A stretch of 64,000 nt of DNA from Bacilli bacterium (lineage in GTDB: Bacteria > Bacillota_I > Bacilli_A > RF39 > UBA660), in contig JAAWGF010000002.1 of NCBI GenBank assembly GCA_022795155.1, forward strand, positions 17,096 to 81,095. The letters are read 5' to 3'. Positions 58,815 through 64,000 of the stretch are shown here, piece after piece. The notes under the pieces were generated by a model, which was given only the letters and a program-made list of their open reading frames with translations, was not told where the DNA came from and did not search any database. Position numbers and translations under genes: made by a program. Each line of letters starts with the position of its first letter. The first letter of the stretch is position 1.

Positions 58815-59549
58815 ATGGAGATGATATATAAAGTTGATATGATAGAAGTTTTAGAGGTGATAATTAGGAGTTTATTATCGCTAGCGACTCTTTTTATAGC
58901 AACGAAAATAATTGGTAAAAAGCAAGTATCAGAATTAAGTTTATTTGATTATGTTATTGGTATCTCGATTGGTAATTTCGCGGCTGAAATATCGCTTAGC
59001 AATGATATTCAGTATGTAAATTCATTTGTTGCGGTAATGGTTTTTGGGATAATATCTTACTTAGTATCGATATGGTCTTTAAAAAGTATGCGAATGCGAA
59101 GATTTTTTTTAGGTAAACCAACTATGCTGATTCAAGATGGGCATATAATTCGTAAAAACTTGAAAAAGGTGCGAATGAATGTTAATGAGTTATTGCAACA
59201 GTGTCGTACTAATGGTAATTTTGATTTAAATGAGGTAGAGTACGCTATAATGGAATCAAACGGTCAAATTAGTATTTTACCTAAGGCAGAGAACAAACCA
59301 GTAACTCCCAAGGATACAAAGTTGAAAGTTGATAAATCATTTATGTGTGCGAATGTTATAATTGATGGGAAAATAATTATAAATAATTTACTTAATATGA
59401 ATAAAGACGAAGCTTGGTTAGAAAAGGAATTAAAGGTTAAAGGTTATAATGATTATTCTAATATATTATTGGCAACATTAGATCCAAATGAAAAATTGAC
59501 AATTTATGAAGATAATCGAGCTTTGAAAGTTAGAGATATTTTAGAATAG
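58815..59549 (+). CDS. DUF421 (YetF-like) membrane protein
   Basis: LFIATKIIGKKQVSELSLFDYVIGISIGNFAAE is typical of the YetF N-terminus. A C-terminal soluble domain is present. Confidence 0.7.
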   Translation: MEMIYKVDMIEVLEVIIRSLLSLATLFIATKIIGKKQVSELSLFDYVIGISIGNFAAEISLSNDIQYVNSFVAVMVFGIISYLVSIWSLKSMRMRRFFLGKPTMLIQDGHIIRKNLKKVRMNVNELLQQCRTNGNFDLNEVEYAIMESNGQISILPKAENKPVTPKDTKLKVDKSFMCANVIIDGKIIINNLLNMNKDEAWLEKELKVKGYNDYSNILLATLDPNEKLTIYEDNRALKVRDILE

Positions 59550-59591
59550 ACTTTTAAGTCTTTTTTTGTTATATTAATAGTAGGTGATAGT

Positions 59592-60281
59592 ATGGACGAT
59601 TATTTTGTTAGAGTATGGGTAAGTTTCATTTGGCCATTACTTACAGTGGCTATACCTGTATACGCTACTATTTTTACAGTAAATAATAGAATTAAAAATG
59701 AGAATCGCGAAAATCATAAGCCTTATTTAGCATTAAAAAAGGTTAGTGATATTGAAACAATTAATAAATATAAATATTATTTAATTTTAATAGGCAAGAA
59801 TTATTTACAATCACATGAAAATATTGATTTATCAAAATTACAATTATCAGAAAATGATAAAGATATTTCGGTTAGTCTATCAATTGAAAATATTGGCTAT
59901 GGGGTAGCAACAAATATTAAACTATATAATTTATTAACAGGGACAGCTATTGATGGAATGCAAGAAAAACAAGAAAATAAAAATCAAAAATTATTTACAA
60001 CTTTTGATATTGCGTCATCTTTTGAAAAACAGGTCGAAGCTAGAATTGTCAGTTCTATTTTAGATGTTGATGGGGTTGTTGTTGAAGATCATAATCGTAT
60101 ATTATGTGTATATAAAGATTTAAATAATAACATTTATAGTTTTATCATTAGCATTAACATTAAACAAACTGGTCACTATGATTTCTTTTCTTATCAACCA
60201 TCTAGTAAAAGTTATAAAAAATGGGTTTTAGAAAATAAGAAACAATATAAAATGATTATGAAAAATTATCGAGAGTTTTAA
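59592..60281 (+). CDS. hypothetical protein with an N-terminal TM helix (229 aa)
   Basis: ORF with a GGTGAT SD. One hydrophobic helix, then a soluble domain. No motif recognised. Confidence 0.45.
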   Translation: MDDYFVRVWVSFIWPLLTVAIPVYATIFTVNNRIKNENRENHKPYLALKKVSDIETINKYKYYLILIGKNYLQSHENIDLSKLQLSENDKDISVSLSIENIGYGVATNIKLYNLLTGTAIDGMQEKQENKNQKLFTTFDIASSFEKQVEARIVSSILDVDGVVVEDHNRILCVYKDLNNNIYSFIISINIKQTGHYDFFSYQPSSKSYKKWVLENKKQYKMIMKNYREF

Positions 60282-60326
60282 TTAAATATATTAATTACGA
60301 GGAATCGTAATTTTTTACTATAATTC

Positions 60327-60974
60327 TTAAGTTAAATCAACTTCATCCCCATTAAGTTGAAAAATACAATTATAGCCTAAATATTTGCTAGCTTTAATAG
60401 GAATTGTGATTCCTTTTTTCCATTCTGATGATAATATTTCTCTAGAAAAATTTTCATTTACAATATAGTTTATTATTATTTTATTATCTTCAACCGTTAA
60501 AGTAGTTTCTTCAATATTTAACAAGTTGTTATACCAACGATCTTGTTTTCCCAATTCTAAAACTCTATTTTTTGATATATCAATTTTATCAGCAAGTAGA
60601 AGAGCCGCACCTATGGGGCTATTAATTTCATTACCATTTGAATGGTCTTCGATTGCGTGAATTATTATATTCTTGCTTTTTTGCGATAGTGTTGTTTTAT
60701 CTAGAAAGTGTATGCACATTTGACTACTTCGATATGCATGTCCTTTTTTACCCTCTATCGCACCTATATCATGTAGTAAACCAGCAATTTTTCCTAATTC
60801 AATGACAGCATTATTAAAATTAAGTTTTGTTAATAAGTTTTCAATGGTTTTTATTACAAAGTTAGTATGATATTTTCCATGACAAGCTAGTAGGCTATTT
60901 TTATTAATCTGATTTATTGAATTAATAATGTTATTTAGTTCTTTATCATGATTAAGTAAATCATAATTGTTCAT
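60327..60974 (-). CDS. HD-domain phosphohydrolase (215 aa)
   Basis: HGKYH, GLLHDIG, HAIEDHS, LLLADKID metal-ligand pattern. Confidence 0.65.
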   Translation of the reverse strand: MNNYDLLNHDKELNNIINSINQINKNSLLACHGKYHTNFVIKTIENLLTKLNFNNAVIELGKIAGLLHDIGAIEGKKGHAYRSSQMCIHFLDKTTLSQKSKNIIIHAIEDHSNGNEINSPIGAALLLADKIDISKNRVLELGKQDRWYNNLLNIEETTLTVEDNKIIINYIVNENFSREILSSEWKKGITIPIKASKYLGYNCIFQLNGDEVDLT

Positions 60975-61070
60975 GCTTTATCCCTCCATTACCGATATTC
61001 TTATTTTATCATACTTTCTTTTTTGATTAAAGTTGTCCCTATTTGTCTGTATTAAATGAAACTTTTTAAT

Positions 61071-61094
61071 AAAAAGACTTCCAAAGTTGGAAGT
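61071..61094 (-). terminator. intrinsic terminator after the 223-aa ORF
   Basis: ACTTCC / GGAAGT stem (61077-61082, 61089-61094), followed on the minus strand by CUUUUUAUU. Confidence 0.45.
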
Positions 61095-61108
61095 TTAAAA
61101 TAGTCATA

Positions 61109-61741
61109 TTATATTTTCATAACTTTTCTTTTTTCAGTTGGTTGTTTGTTGTCAGTACCAAGATTTATTTGTCTATATTTGATAAAATCTTCAATATTTT
61201 CATTTACTAAATTTAATAACTCAATAGGTAATCCTAATTGGTTAGAAATAAATTTATCTGGTTGTTCACCGATTATAATTAAATCTTTTACTTTGCCGCC
61301 ATCATCAAAAATGGTATTGTTTTTAAATGCTTCAATGACTTCTTTTTTATATTTAAAGGCCCATTCAAAATTTAGATATTCTTCATCATCATTTTCCTCT
61401 GTATAAAATAATGTCGGTTCACCAAAATTTTTAGATAATACTTGATAAAAGTCGCTTAATGCCGCAAGTTTATGACCAACTGTTTTTTTAGAAAGTGGGT
61501 TGTTTCCAACACCTATTCTTAAAAAACCATCTTTTAAAAACTTATAGTAAAATTTTACTAGTTCTTTTTTTTCTTCTAAATATCCATTATAAGTATTAGA
61601 TGGAATGCAGTTGTATGATCCGCCCATAATCTGCGCATAAACATTCCAAGAAAAAGCAATTTTTCCTTTAATTTCATTGTTTAAAATTTGTGCTAATTCC
61701 TTGCAATCATCACCATTAGAATATAATTCATTGTAATTCAA
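61109..61741 (-). CDS. hypothetical protein (~210 aa)
   Basis: ORF with a likely TTG start at 61741, 8 nt after AAGGAGG. No motif recognised. Confidence 0.45.
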   Translation of the reverse strand: MNYNELYSNGDDCKELAQILNNEIKGKIAFSWNVYAQIMGGSYNCIPSNTYNGYLEEKKELVKFYYKFLKDGFLRIGVGNNPLSKKTVGHKLAALSDFYQVLSKNFGEPTLFYTEENDDEEYLNFEWAFKYKKEVIEAFKNNTIFDDGGKVKDLIIIGEQPDKFISNQLGLPIELLNLVNENIEDFIKYRQINLGTDNKQPTEKRKVMKI

Positions 61742-61859
61742 TTCGAAAACCTCCTTTATGTGCTTAATATTAAAACACAAAATTATAGATTTACAACAAA
61801 ATATTTACTTTTTATTATTTAATATGCTATAATATTCCAGTCAAAGAGGAAGTGTATTT

Positions 61860-63671
61860 ATGGAAATAAGAAATATTGCGATTATTGCGCATGTTGACCA
61901 TGGAAAAACAACATTGGTTGATAAATTATTACAAATGTCGGGTACTTTTAGGGCTAATGAAGAAGTTCAAGAGCGTGTTATGGATTCAAATGATATTGAA
62001 AGAGAACGTGGAATTACTATTTTGGCCAAAACAACAGCAATTGATTATAAAGGAACACGTATTAATATTTTAGATACGCCAGGTCATGCTGATTTTGGTG
62101 GTGAAGTTGAGCGTATTATGAATATGGTTGATGGTGTTTTATTAATTGTTGATGCTTATGAAGGGACAATGCCCCAAACGCGTTTTGTTTTAAAGAAAGC
62201 ATTAGAAGCAGGGGTTATTCCTATTTTAGTTGTTAATAAAATTGATAAACCAACCGCTCGTCCTAAAGAGGTTGTTGAAGAAGTATATGATTTATTTATT
62301 GAATTAGGTGCAGATATTGAACAACTAGAATTCCCAATTATTTATGCATCAGGTTTAGCTGGGACATCAAGTTTTGATCCTGATGTTACGACGCAACAAC
62401 CAACTATGGATCCAATCTTAGATACGGTTATAAAATATATTCCTGCTCCTAAGGTAAGTGATGGAACATTACAATTTCAGCCGGCTTTATTAGATTATAA
62501 TGATTTCGTTGGAAGAATTGGGATTGGGCTTATTAAAAGAGGTTCAATGAAGGTTAATTCGACCGTTTCATGTGTTCGTTTAGATGGCTCTATTAAACAA
62601 TTTAGGATTCAAAAAATGTTTGGTTTTATGGGTTTAAAACGAATTGAAATAGAGGAGGCTCATGCTGGTGATATTGTAGCCATTGCTGGGTTACCTGATA
62701 TTTCGGTTGGCGAAACAGTTTGTGAAGTAGGACGTGAAGAGGCTTTACCAATCTTACGTATTGATGAACCAACGCTACAAATGAAATTTGGGGTTAACTC
62801 TAGTCCTTTTAATGGTAAAGATGGTAAATTTTTAACAGCTCGTAAAATAGAAGAACGCTTATTTAAAGAAACCGAAAAAGATGTCAGTTTAAAAGTTGTA
62901 CCAAGTGAAAATGAGTCTTGGATAGTATCGGGTCGTGGTGAATTACATTTAGGAATACTAATTGAGAATATGCGTCGTGAAGGCTTTGAATTGCAAGTAT
63001 CTAAACCAGAAGTTATTATTAAAGAAATTGATGGAGTAAAATGTGAGCCTTTTGAGGAATTACAAATTGAATGTCCTGAAGAAAGTGTTGGAAATGTCAT
63101 TGAAAAATTAGGTGTACGTGGCGCAATTATGGAAAATATGACCAATTATAACGGTTTAGTTAGACTTTTGTATACAATTCCATCGCGTGGTTTAATTGGT
63201 TTTACAACTGATTTTATGACAATGACAAAAGGTTATGGTATTATAAATCATACATTTAAAGAATATCGTCCTTATGAGACAGTAGATATTGGTGAACGTA
63301 GTTTAGGCGTTTTAGTGTCAATGGAAAATGGTAAATCAACCGCTTATGCCCTAGGTCAATTAGAAGATCGTGGTATAATGTTTATTGAACCAGGTGAAGA
63401 TATATATGAAGGTATGATTGTTGGTGAACACACACGTGATAATGATTTGGCTGTTAACGTTGTAAAGGGAAAGAACTTAACTAATACAAGAAGTGCTGGA
63501 AAAGACCATACAGTCGTTTTAAAAAGACCACGTTTAATAACATTGGAATATGCTTTAGATTATATTAATTCTGATGAATTAGTTGAGGTTACACCAAATC
63601 ATATTAGACTTAGAAAAAAAATTCTTAATACTAATGAACGAAAGAAATTTGATAGTAGAAAAACAGCTTAG
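61860..63671 (+). CDS. typA: translational GTPase TypA/BipA
   Basis: IRNIAIIAHVDHGKTTLVD, DTPGHADFGGEVER, VVNKIDK, ~603 aa, and the BipA-specific C-terminal domain. Confidence 0.95.
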   Translation: MEIRNIAIIAHVDHGKTTLVDKLLQMSGTFRANEEVQERVMDSNDIERERGITILAKTTAIDYKGTRINILDTPGHADFGGEVERIMNMVDGVLLIVDAYEGTMPQTRFVLKKALEAGVIPILVVNKIDKPTARPKEVVEEVYDLFIELGADIEQLEFPIIYASGLAGTSSFDPDVTTQQPTMDPILDTVIKYIPAPKVSDGTLQFQPALLDYNDFVGRIGIGLIKRGSMKVNSTVSCVRLDGSIKQFRIQKMFGFMGLKRIEIEEAHAGDIVAIAGLPDISVGETVCEVGREEALPILRIDEPTLQMKFGVNSSPFNGKDGKFLTARKIEERLFKETEKDVSLKVVPSENESWIVSGRGELHLGILIENMRREGFELQVSKPEVIIKEIDGVKCEPFEELQIECPEESVGNVIEKLGVRGAIMENMTNYNGLVRLLYTIPSRGLIGFTTDFMTMTKGYGIINHTFKEYRPYETVDIGERSLGVLVSMENGKSTAYALGQLEDRGIMFIEPGEDIYEGMIVGEHTRDNDLAVNVVKGKNLTNTRSAGKDHTVVLKRPRLITLEYALDYINSDELVEVTPNHIRLRKKILNTNERKKFDSRKTA

Positions 63672-63677
63672 GTTTTT

Positions 63678-63704
63678 AAATGGAATATTACATTCCATTT
63701 TTTT
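63678..63704 (+). terminator. intrinsic terminator after typA
   Basis: AAATGGAAT / ATTCCATTT 9-bp stem with a 5-nt loop. A T-run follows. Confidence 0.65.
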
Positions 63705-63855
63705 ATTTACTTTTTATATTTTTAACGTTATAATATACATTAATAATTTATATTTTAGGAGTTTAATATGGATAAAATAAGTAGTTTAATTGAATATTTT
63801 AAAAGTTTAGTTGATTGTTTATATCATCAATACTTTTCTTTAAAAGAAAAAGAAG

Positions 63856-64000
63856 ATGGCTTTAAAATTAGTTAATAATAAAGATTTTACCGAATTGTTT
63901 TTTGATAGTGACTATATTAAAATGCTTTTAGCAAATGATTTAAGTGTCGATATTCCCGAGGTGGCGATATTAGTTGATGACATTGCTGAAATGTATGATT
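63856..64000 (+). CDS. partial ORF running off the right edge (unknown)
   Basis: From ATG 63856 it reads MALKLVNNKDFTELFFDSDYIKMLLANDLSVDIPEVAILVDDIAEMYD with no stop before the window ends. The SD is weak. Confidence 0.3.
   Translation, partial: MALKLVNNKDFTELFFDSDYIKMLLANDLSVDIPEVAILVDDIAEMYD

Overview
This window is the chromosomal replication-origin region of a very AT-rich Bacillota genome (G+C judged by eye at roughly 25-30%, not computed). It uses standard code 11: TGA ends conserved genes, for example at 34303-34305 and 32792-32794.

Gene order closely follows the B. subtilis oriC region.
- Left of dnaA, minus strand: rpmH-rnpA-yidC-jag-(HD)-mnmE-(67 aa)-mnmG-rsmG-(DUF4234)-noc/parB-mscL.
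- Right of dnaA, plus strand: dnaA-dnaN-comK-recF-gyrB-gyrA, then a 550-bp non-coding gap, then a short SRP RNA, then tadA-dnaX-ybaB-recR-bofA-holB-ricT(yaaT)-yabB-like methyltransferase-rsmI-pth-mfd.
- Further right: a SpoVB/MurJ-type flippase, lysine riboswitch-dapA, spoIIR, MntP/YtaF-like protein, murA, an SGNH protein, a SWIM-SNF2 helicase, rpmE, a secreted/lipoprotein cluster containing a decayed surface-protein gene, rpiB, DUF1146, spoIID-spoIIQ-like-spoIIID-mbl, tagO, DUF421, three poorly characterised genes, and typA.

I saw no rRNA, tRNA, CRISPR array, transposase or integrase.

The most interesting signals concern chromosome segregation and initiation.
1. Three exact parS palindromes (TGTTTCACGTGAAACA) are packed into the non-coding gap after gyrA.
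2. Two exact Noc-binding-site palindromes (ATTTCCCGGGAAAT) lie inside rsmG and rsmI. Both are written with codons I judge rare here and read as the same peptide, ISREI.
3. Only one ParB-family gene is present. It is Noc-like, carries a ~350-residue acidic linker, and has no ParA/Soj or second ParB beside it.
4. dnaA is flanked by a repeated non-canonical 9-mer (TTTTGAACA) rather than classic DnaA boxes.

Secondary items:
- A coaB split by a homopolymer frameshift and translationally coupled to a nitrilase-superfamily gene, under a divergent LysR regulator.
- Several unknown-function cassettes in the left 9 kb.
- Pseudogene relics.

All family calls come from motif recognition by eye and synteny. 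No database search was run.
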